DNA of 64,000 nt from Marispirochaeta sp. (GCA_963676835.2 CAXXFF010000003.1:320001-384000), one strand, 5' to 3'. Positions 31,765-41,694 are shown, numbered from the stretch's first letter. The notes: a model not told the origin generated them from the letters alone. Translations and numbers: made by a program.

Positions 31765-32193
31765 ATGATTACCCTTGAACAGGTCCGCCTGCTTGACCAG
31801 AAGGTCAGTCAGGCGGTCGATTTAATCAGTACCCTCAGGGCTGAAAACCGGGTTCTCAACGAGAAACTCGAATCTTACCAGGAAAAAATCGGCGAATTAG
31901 AGGTACTTCTCAGCGGTCTTAAAGAGGATCAGGTCGAGGTTGAACAGAATTTCCAGAAGGCTTTGAGCGCTCTGGATCTGCTCGACTCCGATGAAACCGC
32001 AGACACTGCGGTAGAAACGGAAGATGCGGCAGCCCAGGAGATTACCGAAGAGCCGGAAGAATCAGTTAAGTTGGAAGAGTCTGCTTCCAATGAATCAGAG
32101 CTGGAAGAGACTGAGCATGAGGATCCTGCCGTAAATGAACTCATGGAAGAAGAACAGCCTGAAGACAACGGCGCTGAACTGGATATTTTTTAA
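31765..32193 (+). CDS. zapB: ZapB-like coiled-coil cell division protein with acidic tail
   Basis: LEQVRLLDQKVSQAVDLISTLRAEN coiled coil, directly upstream of zapA. Confidence 0.65.
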   Translation: MITLEQVRLLDQKVSQAVDLISTLRAENRVLNEKLESYQEKIGELEVLLSGLKEDQVEVEQNFQKALSALDLLDSDETADTAVETEDAAAQEITEEPEESVKLEESASNESELEETEHEDPAVNELMEEEQPEDNGAELDIF

Positions 32194-32201
32194 ATCGATA
32201 A

Positions 32202-32495
32202 ATGAGAAAGGAACCGATCAGCATAGATCTACTCGGGACAACACTCAGGGTTAACACCGATGAGGATCCCGGGTACCTTTCTCAATTGATCGAATACCTG
32301 CAACAGAAAACCATTGATGTAAAAAACAACTCCCGACTGGACGATCCGCTCAAGATTTCTATCCTTACATCCCTTTTTCTTATCGATGAACTGTTTAAAG
32401 AAAGAATATCTCCGGAAAGCCGGGATAATGCAGAAGACCTTGAGGTGATTGCCACCAGCATGCTCCGTAAACTTGAATCAACACTGGAAAAGTAA
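32202..32495 (+). CDS. zapA: Cell division protein ZapA
   Basis: ISIDLLGTTLRV..DEDP.YL..L..YL and KISILTSL.L.DEL pattern. Confidence 0.8.
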   Translation: MRKEPISIDLLGTTLRVNTDEDPGYLSQLIEYLQQKTIDVKNNSRLDDPLKISILTSLFLIDELFKERISPESRDNAEDLEVIATSMLRKLESTLEK

Positions 32496-32510
32496 TCTTT
32501 CTAATTTTCA

Positions 32511-32539
32511 TTGACACACCCCTTAGGGCTAGTTACTAT
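32511..32539 (+). promoter_or_regulatory. Sigma70 promoter of the plzA-like gene (very short leader)
   Basis: TTGACA-N17-TACTAT, 10 nt before the ATG at 32550, with no SD. Confidence 0.65.
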
Positions 32540-32549
32540 CATTTACTAT

Positions 32550-33368
32550 ATGGCCCTGATAACAAGTCAGCAATTGACTGAATACTATAACAACTTCAAG
32601 AGTACCAACCTTACTTTTACAAAAGATGTCATCAGGGCCACAGCCCTGCTGTCAAAGTTTACCCAGCTAAAATGCCTCGGGGATCACTGGCCTTGCGTTC
32701 TTTATTCATGCAGCATGGAACAGGCACGTATAATTGCAAGCCTGACAAAAGGTTTTCACGAAAAACTTCGCTCCGCCAATAATATGGTTTCTCTGCATCT
32801 CTCTTTCAGCCAGGAAGACAAGAGCAGTCCTTTAAGTTTCTTTATAAACAGTAAAATTATCGGCTTTACCCCGTACGATAAAAATAAACCGGAACTCAAT
32901 TTTCTCAGCCTGGAATTTACCCAGCATCCACCAGATGATCTTATCAGTATTATTGGCTCTATTCTGCATGCAAATGAAAACTCTGCAAAACGGAAAGAAG
33001 ACAGAATAGAAATAACCGCAGATAACCTGAGAAACCTCCCCTTCTCCGCCAAAACAACCCTGATCTACATTGACGGCATCCCCCGAAAATGTATCCTTCG
33101 GGATGTTTCCTATGGTGGCTCAAAACTTATTCTGCCAGGTATCGGCAAATTTCTTATGAACAAAGAAGCCATTCTCAGAATTGAATATGGCGAATCCAAC
33201 AAAAAAGTTCTTATCCCCGGAAAAATTATCCGCACAGAGGGTGTAGCCGGAAGGAAAGATCTAACCACTGCCGCATTGGCATTCTTTGAAGAGAAAGTCC
33301 CCTATGATTATAAACTTCTTCTTACAGAGTTCTTCAATGCTAACCGAATAAAGGGTAAAAAACGCTGA
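32550..33368 (+). CDS. PlzA-like PilZ-domain c-di-GMP receptor
   Basis: RxxxR (RKEDR) and DxSxGG (DVSYGG) motifs with a spirochaete-type N-domain. Confidence 0.8.
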   Translation: MALITSQQLTEYYNNFKSTNLTFTKDVIRATALLSKFTQLKCLGDHWPCVLYSCSMEQARIIASLTKGFHEKLRSANNMVSLHLSFSQEDKSSPLSFFINSKIIGFTPYDKNKPELNFLSLEFTQHPPDDLISIIGSILHANENSAKRKEDRIEITADNLRNLPFSAKTTLIYIDGIPRKCILRDVSYGGSKLILPGIGKFLMNKEAILRIEYGESNKKVLIPGKIIRTEGVAGRKDLTTAALAFFEEKVPYDYKLLLTEFFNANRIKGKKR

Positions 33369-33369
33369 T

Positions 33370-34461
33370 ATGCCGGTAAATCCTCTTAATTCCGTTTTTT
33401 TTATTTCAGTGCCCGAGGGGCTTGAGCATTCAATCGATAACTTTACAATAGATTCTTCAATTCTGCTTCCTGTTGAGCTGAAGCCGGGAGAAACCGAACT
33501 CGACTTAGGCTCGATCACCTGGGAAATGATTATATCCGGTATGCTGAGGGTCCTTACATGGGACAGTGAAAACGAGCATCTTGATTACTACAGGAAATTT
33601 GTTCTTCAGGTAAAACCCAATATTGAATCCGACCTGGTAACCGCAGGAATAGAAAAGGCAAAACAGGGTGAATACGAACTGGCGGAGGAACTGTTCACCA
33701 CCGCCCTTGCAGCTGTACCAGGATCAACCGCCAGCCTGTATAACCTGGCACAAATTTATGAAACCCGGGCGAGAGCCTATAGGGAACTTGGAGAAAAAGA
33801 TCTTGAGCAGGAGTATCTTCAGAAAACCCTGAGGGCATACCATAAGGTTTGTGCAGGAGCTCCGGAACAGGCTCAGATACTTAAGTCTGCAGCAGAGTTT
33901 TATCTGAGAATCGGCGACAATGAAAACGCTCTGAACAGCTTTAAAGCCCTTTCCGATCTCGAAGACTCCAGGGAAATACGTGAGGCCATCAGCGAACTGA
34001 ATATGCGCAAAGAACTGGACGAAAGCTTCAAAGCTGCCTACGATGCCATACTTCAGGGCAAAGAGGATCAGGCAGTCAAACTTATTGATGATTTTCTCAA
34101 AGTGAACGACCAAACCTGGACAGCATGGTTTCTGAGGGGATGGGCGTTGCGTCGTTTGGGCCATTTTGAAGAAGCCATTGATAATTTCCAACAGGCCCTT
34201 GGACTATCCGGCCCTCAGACTGATTTATATAACGAGCTTTCAATATGCACCATGGAAACAGGCCTTCTCAATGAAAGTAGACATTATCTTGAGAAAGCCC
34301 TGGAAATAGAGCCGGATAACGTGAAAATCATATCGAATCTCGGCATTGTATCCCTTAAAGAGGGAAATAAAAAAGCCGCTGCGAGGTTCTTTTCAAAAGT
34401 GCTTGAACTAGACCCCAATGATACAATAGCAGGAGAATACCTGGCTTACCTCCAGGAATAA
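33370..34461 (+). CDS. Tetratricopeptide repeat protein
   Basis: Repeats such as AWFLRGWALRRLGHFEEA, ALEIEPDN and VLELDPND. Confidence 0.85.
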   Translation: MPVNPLNSVFFISVPEGLEHSIDNFTIDSSILLPVELKPGETELDLGSITWEMIISGMLRVLTWDSENEHLDYYRKFVLQVKPNIESDLVTAGIEKAKQGEYELAEELFTTALAAVPGSTASLYNLAQIYETRARAYRELGEKDLEQEYLQKTLRAYHKVCAGAPEQAQILKSAAEFYLRIGDNENALNSFKALSDLEDSREIREAISELNMRKELDESFKAAYDAILQGKEDQAVKLIDDFLKVNDQTWTAWFLRGWALRRLGHFEEAIDNFQQALGLSGPQTDLYNELSICTMETGLLNESRHYLEKALEIEPDNVKIISNLGIVSLKEGNKKAAARFFSKVLELDPNDTIAGEYLAYLQE

Positions 34462-34649
34462 GCTCAGCACTTTCATCTTCGTTTCAACTCACGTTACCCT
34501 CTCACCATCCCCACTATCTACTGTTACCCATACAGTCTCCCCCATTTGGGCGAAAATGCCATGAAAGGTTTTTTGCATACAGGCAGCATGGTGCTTTCGG
34601 CTAAAACAGTTTTCCCATTAGTTTTTTTTCATTTTTTTTCTTATTTTCC

Positions 34650-34678
34650 TCAAGTTTTAAAGGGGGGGCATCCGAACT
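34650..34678 (+). promoter_or_regulatory. Probable sigma28 (FliA) promoter of flaB
   Basis: TCAA-N17-TCCGAACT downstream of T-tracts, about 165 nt upstream of the flagellin start. Confidence 0.55.
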
Positions 34679-34791
34679 TTTGAATAGGGAATAGCAGAAT
34701 TCCGCTCCCCTGGCCAGGGCATTCTGCTTCCTTATTCTGTTTATCGGAATCTTAAATCGAGGGTTTAGCGGAAACTTTCGAAAAATTGTTA

Positions 34792-34813
34792 AAAAAGGCA
34801 AGGATGCCTTTTT
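34792..34813 (+). promoter_or_regulatory. CsrA-binding hairpin in the leader of the first flaB
   Basis: AAAAAGGC-AAGGAT-GCCTTTTT with GGA in the loop; a second ATGGA overlaps the SD. Confidence 0.75.
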
Positions 34814-34842
34814 AAGATACCTATCTTTTCATGGAGGAAGAG

Positions 34843-35703
34843 ATGATCATTAACCACAATATGAGTGCGATCTTTGCAAACAATCGCCTCGCAACCACCA
34901 ACAAGACTGTCCAGAAAGACATGGAAAAACTTTCATCTGGTATGCGGATCAACCGTGCCGGTGATGACGCATCGGGACTCGCTGTATCTGAGAAAATGCG
35001 TTCCCAGATCAGAGGTCTGAAACAGGCTTCTGCCAATGCTGAAAACGGCATCTCCTTTATCCAGACTACCGAAGGTTACATGCAGGAATCTCAGGATATT
35101 CTGCACCGTATGCGTGAACTGGCTGTACAGTCCGCCAACGGAATCTACTCCGACGAAGACAGGATGCAGATCCAGGTTGAAATTTCCCAGCTTGTTGATG
35201 AAATCGACCGCATTGCCAGTCATGCCCAGTTCAACGGAATGAACATGCTTACCGGCCGGTTTGCTGTTGATATGGGTGAAAACACCGTTACCGCTTCCAT
35301 GTGGTTCCACATTGGTGCAAACATGGACCAGAGAGAACGTGTTTACATCGGTACCATGACTTCACAGGCACTTGGTGTTCGTGACATCGGTTCAAGCGAA
35401 ATCCTGAGCATGTCCTCCCCCGACAGCGCCAACCGTGCTATCGGAACTCTGGACAGCGCCCTCAAGAAGGTTAACAAGCAGCGTGCCGACCTCGGTGCCT
35501 ACCAGAACCGTCTTGAGCATGCCGTTGTAGGTATTACTGTTGGTGCAGAAAACCTCCAGGCAGCTGAATCACGGATCCGTGACGTAGACATGGCTTCTCA
35601 GATGGTGGATTACTCCAAAAACCAGATTCTTGTACAGTCCGGAACTGCAATGCTGGCCCAGGCCAACATGAAAACACAGACTGTGTTGCAACTTCTGGGT
35701 TAG
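34843..35703 (+). CDS. flaB: Flagellar filament core protein (flagellin FlaB)
   Basis: [31 protein letters not shown] and [11 protein letters not shown]. Start is the ATG after SD GGAGG. Confidence 0.97.
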   Translation: MIINHNMSAIFANNRLATTNKTVQKDMEKLSSGMRINRAGDDASGLAVSEKMRSQIRGLKQASANAENGISFIQTTEGYMQESQDILHRMRELAVQSANGIYSDEDRMQIQVEISQLVDEIDRIASHAQFNGMNMLTGRFAVDMGENTVTASMWFHIGANMDQRERVYIGTMTSQALGVRDIGSSEILSMSSPDSANRAIGTLDSALKKVNKQRADLGAYQNRLEHAVVGITVGAENLQAAESRIRDVDMASQMVDYSKNQILVQSGTAMLAQANMKTQTVLQLLG

Positions 35704-35890
35704 AGGGTTATATTTAAAGGTAAGACCGTCAGTTCTTTGAAATAGACCCTCTAATGAGAATGTCCGGTATTGGGAGTTCTTCCGCTATCACACACGGCGG
35801 AAGGCCTCCCTGTTACCGTTACATGGCAAGAACGGATCGGAAGATGCGCGGTGAAAACCAGCTTCCGGCTGTGTAACAGTGACATTCTCA
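35701..35890 (+). other. Structured intercistronic RNA element between the flagellin genes
   Basis: A hairpin at 35701-35753, then a helix TGAGAATGTC/GACATTCTCA (35755-64/35881-90) enclosing two further hairpins. Confidence 0.6.
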
Positions 35891-35897
35891 AGCGTTC

Positions 35898-35916
35898 AGA
35901 AGCAAAGGATGCTTCT
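35898..35916 (+). promoter_or_regulatory. CsrA-binding hairpin in the leader of the second flaB
   Basis: AGAAGC-AAAGGAT-GCTTCT, followed by CAGGAGG as SD. Confidence 0.75.
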
Positions 35917-35940
35917 ATTTAACGTTTCCAGGAGGGTTTT

Positions 35941-36786
35941 ATGATAATTAATCACAACTTGTCAGCCATGTACGCTAACCGGAATCTTGCCGTAAAAGGT
36001 AAAGATGTCAATTCCAACATTGAGAAGCTCAGTTCCGGTATGCGTATCAACAAGGCCGGCGACGATGCTTCGGGGCTTGCAGTATCTGAAAAGCTGCGGA
36101 GTCAGATTCGTGGACTTAACCAGGCTGAACGCAACATCGAAAATGGAGTAACTTTCATTCAGACGACTGAAGGATACCTCCAGGAGACACAGGATATTCT
36201 CCACAGATTACGCGAACTGTCTGTACAATCTGCCAACGGTATCTACTCTGATGAGGACCGTATGCAGATCCAGGTTGAAGTCTCTCAGCTGGTTGATGAA
36301 ATCAACCGAATTGCAAGTCACGCGCAGTTCAACGGCATGAACATGCTTACCGGCGCTTTTGCAAACGGTGCAGACCGGGTCATGCAGTTCCAGGTAGGAG
36401 CTAACATGGACCAGAGCGAGCGTGTGTACATTGGTACCATGACCGCCCAGGCACTCGGTCTCCAGGGAGCACAGGGTTCTACCGAGATGATCTCCATCTC
36501 TACCCCTGAGTCGGCAAACATGGCTATCGGAATGGTTGATAGCGCACTGAGAACAGTATCAAAACAACGTGCTGACCTTGGTGCATATCAGAACAGGTTT
36601 GATGAAGCCTCTAAAGGCGTCGCAATCGCTGCTGAGAACCTTCAGGCTGCAGAGTCACGAATCCGTGACGTAGACATGGCCCAGGAGATGGTAGAATATG
36701 CAAAAAACCAGATCCTTACCCAGTCTGGCTCAGCTATGCTGGCTCAGGCCAACATGAAGACTCAGTCCGTTCTTCAGCTGATGTAA
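35941..36786 (+). CDS. flaB: Flagellar filament core protein (flagellin FlaB), second paralogue
   Basis: [26 protein letters not shown] and [11 protein letters not shown]. Confidence 0.97.
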   Translation: MIINHNLSAMYANRNLAVKGKDVNSNIEKLSSGMRINKAGDDASGLAVSEKLRSQIRGLNQAERNIENGVTFIQTTEGYLQETQDILHRLRELSVQSANGIYSDEDRMQIQVEVSQLVDEINRIASHAQFNGMNMLTGAFANGADRVMQFQVGANMDQSERVYIGTMTAQALGLQGAQGSTEMISISTPESANMAIGMVDSALRTVSKQRADLGAYQNRFDEASKGVAIAAENLQAAESRIRDVDMAQEMVEYAKNQILTQSGSAMLAQANMKTQSVLQLM

Positions 36787-36845
36787 ATTCATATTCCGTT
36801 CATTACAAGGTACAAAGAGATATCTGGACGTCATCTCTGGGTACC

Positions 36846-36888
36846 GGGGATCGGGAAGGACCGCGCACCTTCCCTGCTCCTTTATTTC
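36846..36888 (+). terminator. Possible terminator after the second flaB
   Basis: GGGGATCGGGAAGG-accgcgca-CCTTCCCTGCTCC-TTTATTT, an imperfect stem. Confidence 0.5.
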
Positions 36889-36951
36889 ATATTTGCACCA
36901 TCGCCTTACAGCGAACTGACCGTTAACCGGGGACTCAGTATTTCTGTTCCC

Positions 36952-37329
36952 ATGGAGAAAACGATGGACCTAGATATCAATGCCATCGGTCTTGGCGCAA
37001 CAGTTAATGACCCGAGAAGGGATGCAGCGGCACGGAAGCCAGAGCGTCCGGCTCAGGTAAAGACCGAAACTAAAAAATCTCAGTTACCTCTCGAACGATC
37101 ACTATCACCGGATGAAGTGCAGAGAATGTTAAGAGAAATAGTAAATTTCTCTGATGCCTTTAATCGCAAACTTCAATTTTCAGTAAATAACGACCTTAAT
37201 CAGGTGGTAGTAAAGGTGATTGACCGGGACACCGATAAAGTAATAAAGGAAATCCCCCATGAAGGGCTGCAGCGACTGCACATGCGGCTCAAGGAGGCCG
37301 TCGGGCTGCTCTTCGATGAGGAGATTTAA
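36952..37329 (+). CDS. flaG: Flagellar protein FlaG; start may be 36964
   Basis: LQFSVN..LNQVVVKVIDRDTDKVIKEIP.E and GLLFDEEI. Confidence 0.9.
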   Translation: MEKTMDLDINAIGLGATVNDPRRDAAARKPERPAQVKTETKKSQLPLERSLSPDEVQRMLREIVNFSDAFNRKLQFSVNNDLNQVVVKVIDRDTDKVIKEIPHEGLQRLHMRLKEAVGLLFDEEI

Positions 37330-37359
37330 CGCCAGTCATATAAAGGACTTAAGCGGCCA

Positions 37360-39357
37360 ATGTCCGATTTCTCTATACCGGGTGTTTCCAGTAAATACAA
37401 TACAGATAAACTCATAGAAGATCTCATGAAGCTTGAACGCGTTCCTCTTGAGCGGGCAGAGGAACGTATCGATAAATTTGAGCTTCAGAAAACCAACTGG
37501 CAGGAGATGAACCGGGACCTGGCCAGGGTTGATGAGAATGCCAAGAAGTTATACGGATTCCAGAACCCTTTTATGGACCGTATTGCCGATTCCGATAACG
37601 AGCGGGTTCTTACTGCAACGGCAACCCGGGAAGCGGTAGAAGAAACCCGTTCTATACGGGTAATACAGACAGCCAAAGCAGACCGTTTTCTCAGTGACAA
37701 TCTGGACACCGACTTCCATGTTGAAAGCGGAGAGTATACCCTTTCCGTAGGAGACCAGAGCTTCAGCTTCAACTATTCCGGAGGAACCCTGCGGGACTTT
37801 GCCTCTATTGTTCAGCGCAGAAGCAATGGACTGATTCGAACTTCAGTTGTAAAGAATACACCAGATACGCAGGTGCTGCTTATTGAGGGTACCAAGACCG
37901 GATCGAGCAACCGTCTCGAGTTTAAGGATGAGGCAAAAACTTTTGCCTTAAGCACCGGGCTCCTTCAGGAACATGTAGCCAACAGTAGAAACATTCAGCC
38001 CTCAGAAACAAACGTTAAGCCCCTCGAGGGGTCGGCAAATCTTATAGAGGAAGGCTTAAGCGTTGATCCCCAAAGCAGCCGTGAAATACTCTTCACACCT
38101 GCGGTGAACCCTGGCGAGGATGATATTGTCGAGTTTACCGTAACTGTTGAAAAACTCGAGGAGACTCCCTACGTGGTGCCGGATCCACCACCCGGCCCAA
38201 CCGCCCCAGGCCCAGGGACGGTAAGTCTGGAAGGTATAAGCATTAGTAATCTGGCATCCAGTCCGGATTTACCTGCATGGGCTGCCCCTCCCCCTCCGGA
38301 AAAAGTGTTAGACATGAATGTTCTTACATTCACCGGCAGCTCAAAAGTACCGGTTAATATCAGCGATATTGAAACACCTCAGAAAATAAGCCTTAAAGCC
38401 TCAGATCTTCCATCGACACTGAATTCTCTGATAATAGACAACCAAAATACCCATAGGCGCATAACAGTTTCGCAAATAAATATCTACAATCCCAATGCCA
38501 GGGGAGACGCTGAACCGAAAAATCCGGTAGATACCGCAAACAATGCAATTATTGAAGTTGACGGAATTGAAGTTATCCGGGAATCAAATGAGATAGACGA
38601 TATAATCCAGGGGGTCACCCTCAACCTGAAACACGCAGACCCCGACCCGGTGGAGATCAATGTTACACCCGACAGGGAAACAGTAAAAGACAGTATCATT
38701 GAGTTCATCGGATACTATAATCAGTTGATCAGTCAGATAAATATCTATACCAGCCGTGACGATGCTGTCATCAACGAGCTGGACTATCTTGATGACGATG
38801 AACGCGAAAAAGCCCAGGAACAGCTCGGACTGTTTCAGGGCGAAAGCAGCCTGACTCAGATGAAAACCCGTCTGCAGACGATAATGATGAACCCCTACAC
38901 TACCCGCGAAGGCAGCGAAATGTCTCTGCTTGCCCAGATGGGGATTTCTACCAACTCATCCACCGGCGGCGAATTAAGAACTTCAAGGCTTCGGGGATAT
39001 CTGGAAATCGATGAAAATGCCCTCGACAAGGCCCTTGAAACGCGTCTCGATGCAGTAAAAGATCTATTCGGCTATGATTCAGACGGAGATCTCATTGTGG
39101 ACCAGGGAGTAGGCTTTTCGGTAGATGCTTATATAAAGCCTTACATACAGACAGGCGGCATAATCGCCTATAAAACCTCAGCCATAGACGGGCAGATTGA
39201 CCGTACAAACAGAGAAATTGACAGTCTCGAACGCAGTCTGGAGAGGAAGGAACAGCAGCTTCGCAGAGAGTATGGTATGATGGAAGGAGCACTGCAGCAA
39301 ATGCAGGAGAACTCCAAAGCTCTGGATAATTTCAGCAGCAACGGAAACGGCAACTGA
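37360..39357 (+). CDS. fliD: Flagellar filament cap protein FliD
   Basis: IPGVSSKYNT..LIEDLM, SNEIDDIIQGVTLNL, LAQMGIST and a C-terminal coiled coil. Confidence 0.92.
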   Translation: MSDFSIPGVSSKYNTDKLIEDLMKLERVPLERAEERIDKFELQKTNWQEMNRDLARVDENAKKLYGFQNPFMDRIADSDNERVLTATATREAVEETRSIRVIQTAKADRFLSDNLDTDFHVESGEYTLSVGDQSFSFNYSGGTLRDFASIVQRRSNGLIRTSVVKNTPDTQVLLIEGTKTGSSNRLEFKDEAKTFALSTGLLQEHVANSRNIQPSETNVKPLEGSANLIEEGLSVDPQSSREILFTPAVNPGEDDIVEFTVTVEKLEETPYVVPDPPPGPTAPGPGTVSLEGISISNLASSPDLPAWAAPPPPEKVLDMNVLTFTGSSKVPVNISDIETPQKISLKASDLPSTLNSLIIDNQNTHRRITVSQINIYNPNARGDAEPKNPVDTANNAIIEVDGIEVIRESNEIDDIIQGVTLNLKHADPDPVEINVTPDRETVKDSIIEFIGYYNQLISQINIYTSRDDAVINELDYLDDDEREKAQEQLGLFQGESSLTQMKTRLQTIMMNPYTTREGSEMSLLAQMGISTNSSTGGELRTSRLRGYLEIDENALDKALETRLDAVKDLFGYDSDGDLIVDQGVGFSVDAYIKPYIQTGGIIAYKTSAIDGQIDRTNREIDSLERSLERKEQQLRREYGMMEGALQQMQENSKALDNFSSNGNGN

Positions 39358-39373
39358 CAGGTAAAAGGATAGT

Positions 39374-40288
39374 ATGGAAGTACGAGTTAATGATAACCCT
39401 ATTGATGTTCGCCTTGAAAATGAAACCAATGCCAGAGAAGTGCTCCAGCAGCTGGACAGCTGGCTTTTAGGAGAAGGATTTTTCATATCCAGCGTCCTTG
39501 TTAACGAAACAGCAACTACACCTTCAGACACCGTTTTTCTCGAAGCATGCAAGGTGGACGAAATCCATCAGATCAATATAGTTGCGCTGCCCCTGGATGA
39601 AATGGCCTATGAACGCTTTTCTACGCTGCTGAACTTTTTCAGTTATTTTCTTCATGGAGTAAACAGCGGCGAGCATAAGCTGATTTCAGACCTCCACAAG
39701 GAACTCCCTCATATCCTGGACAGTATTGATTATATTCTTGGCCTCAGAGTGGGCAGTAAACCTGTTTCAGAGGCGCTGAAAAACCTTTTTGAAGAGTTTA
39801 CCCTTACAGAGAATGACTATTTCTGTCCCGAAAACCTGAAGGCTTTTCTCGCAAATCTCTGTTTTTATATTGAAAGCAGGATTAGAGAAATAGCCAATCC
39901 GCTCCTGGAGCTTAAATCCGGAATATCCCTCATAGAAACACAGATACCGATACTTGAAGAGATTCCTCTCCTTCTTCAGACAGGGAAAGAACGGGAAGCA
40001 ATGGAAAAGGTCATTGCTTTTTCTGAAATCCATGAAAAACTTACCCGGATTTTCTCGCTCCTGAGAGACGAAAACCGTGAAGAAATCTTCGGGCTGAGCA
40101 TTGATGGTTCCTCGTTTATGGAGTTTTTTAAAAACCTCAACCTACATTTTCAGGAACTTACAGAAGCCATGGAATCGGAAGATACGATCCTTATCGGCGA
40201 TCTTCTTGAATATGAGATTGCACCTAAAATTGAGATGCTCACCACTGTACTCAATACTTTACCCTCCCTCGCAGGAAGCAGCTCATGA
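39374..40288 (+). CDS. Hypothetical protein in the fliD operon
   Basis: 304 aa helical ORF with C-terminal DTILIGDLLEYEIAP. SD AAGGA. Confidence 0.7.
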   Translation: MEVRVNDNPIDVRLENETNAREVLQQLDSWLLGEGFFISSVLVNETATTPSDTVFLEACKVDEIHQINIVALPLDEMAYERFSTLLNFFSYFLHGVNSGEHKLISDLHKELPHILDSIDYILGLRVGSKPVSEALKNLFEEFTLTENDYFCPENLKAFLANLCFYIESRIREIANPLLELKSGISLIETQIPILEEIPLLLQTGKEREAMEKVIAFSEIHEKLTRIFSLLRDENREEIFGLSIDGSSFMEFFKNLNLHFQELTEAMESEDTILIGDLLEYEIAPKIEMLTTVLNTLPSLAGSSS

Positions 40289-41376
40289 TGTTTTTACTGC
40301 AGACAAATTTTCAATGGAAGGAAACTGACCCTATTTCAGGTATTATTGCGGCTGTAATTTTTGGAGCTTTTATCCTTTTTCTGGTAATAGCCAATAATGC
40401 TTCAGGGGCCGGTAAAAGCGGCGGTGGAGGAAGCGGCGGTAAAGGTTCAAAAAGGTCCTTCAGGCTCAATGCGCGTAAAATCGGGTTGAGCCGGCCTCAA
40501 CTCAGAACCCTTGAAAATCTCGGCAAGCGATATAATGTAGGAAATTTAAATTCACTTCTATCGAGCTCAGCACAACTTGACAACCTGCTGAAAAAGGCTA
40601 TCCAGAGCATAAACGGACAGAGTGCTTCTGAAGCCGAGAAAGAGACACAGAAGCTGCAGCTCTATCGCATAAAACAGCTGATCGAACGAAATGCAACCCG
40701 CAAAAAGGTATTCACCGGCACCAAGCAGCTTATTGCAGGGACCCGCCTGGTGCTTACCCCTGAAGGCGGTGGTCGTTATCAAAGCAAGATACTTACCAAC
40801 CTTAAGGGAGTACTTGCAGTAAGCGTTCCGGCGGACAGTGCAGGAAGTCAGCTTAGATGGAAACGCTGGTCCAAAGTAAATGCTTTTTTCTGGAAATCAA
40901 ATGGACAGGGCTTCTCATTTTCCACAAAGGTAAACGGCTACGGTAAAGTACGCACCTTTGATGCTCTTTTGCTTAATCACAGTAATCATATTGTGCAGGC
41001 TCAACAGCGCAGGTTCCGCAGAAGAAGCATAGAACGCCCCACCTACTTTTACCCGGTAAAAATACTCAGCGACGGCATTGGAAAGAATGCAAAAAAGCGG
41101 GCAATTGTTGAGAACCGCCGCGGAACACTTGCTACAATGCTGGATATTTCCGCCGGCGGATGCAGCATCCGCTCTATTCACCCCCTTACTGCGGGAGAGT
41201 TGATCAAAGTGGATTTTGAGACTGAAATGAACAGTTCTGTCTCCTTCTACGGCAAGGTTATCAACACCCGAAAAGCACATCCCCATGGGGGCATAATGCA
41301 TATCCGGTTTACCCGTATAAGCAAACAGAATTTAAACAGCATTAATGCATATGTTTATAATTACCAGGACGAATAG
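40285..41376 (+). CDS. Membrane-anchored PilZ-domain protein (YcgR/flagellar brake-like)
   Basis: N-terminal TM segment; QQRRFRR (RxxxR) and DISAGG. Confidence 0.8.
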   Translation: MMFLLQTNFQWKETDPISGIIAAVIFGAFILFLVIANNASGAGKSGGGGSGGKGSKRSFRLNARKIGLSRPQLRTLENLGKRYNVGNLNSLLSSSAQLDNLLKKAIQSINGQSASEAEKETQKLQLYRIKQLIERNATRKKVFTGTKQLIAGTRLVLTPEGGGRYQSKILTNLKGVLAVSVPADSAGSQLRWKRWSKVNAFFWKSNGQGFSFSTKVNGYGKVRTFDALLLNHSNHIVQAQQRRFRRRSIERPTYFYPVKILSDGIGKNAKKRAIVENRRGTLATMLDISAGGCSIRSIHPLTAGELIKVDFETEMNSSVSFYGKVINTRKAHPHGGIMHIRFTRISKQNLNSINAYVYNYQDE

Positions 41377-41397
41377 TATTTTCCCAGATACAAATTA

Positions 41398-41433
41398 TTG
41401 ACCCGCGTATTCATTTCGCCTACAGTTACTGTT
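41398..41433 (+). promoter_or_regulatory. Sigma70-type promoter, probably leaderless
   Basis: TTGACC-N17-TACAGT-N7-ATG. Confidence 0.6.
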
Positions 41434-41694
41434 ATGAAAATCCTTGAGATTCGGAATCTTGCCAAGAAAGAAACACACCTGCACTATCGGAATGAATATT
41501 CCGGATCTTTGATCTATTCCTTCAGCGGAGGAGAAGAAGAAGCGGATCTTACGTTCAGTCTTGAACGCACCGCTACCGGGCAGAAACATATCAGCATCAA
41601 TTTTCCTTCATCAATCCATTACCCCCTTATCCCGGCAATCCGTAAGGTTAAGGAGTATGTCATCGAGCTCGAAAACCGCGGAGCTCTTGTTTGA
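41434..41694 (+). CDS. Hypothetical protein, first gene of the tsaE-tsaB operon
   Basis: 86 aa ORF (MKILEIRNL...YPLIP) overlapping the tsaE start by 4 nt. Confidence 0.65.
   Translation: MKILEIRNLAKKETHLHYRNEYSGSLIYSFSGGEEEADLTFSLERTATGQKHISINFPSSIHYPLIPAIRKVKEYVIELENRGALV

Noticed and set aside
32496..32549. 6S RNA, often found after zapA
   Set aside because: The spacer is only 54 nt and is occupied by a promoter.
34843..36786. Repeated DNA blocks in the two flaB genes as a repeat or recombination system
   Set aside because: They are explained by ordinary paralogy of conserved flagellin termini.
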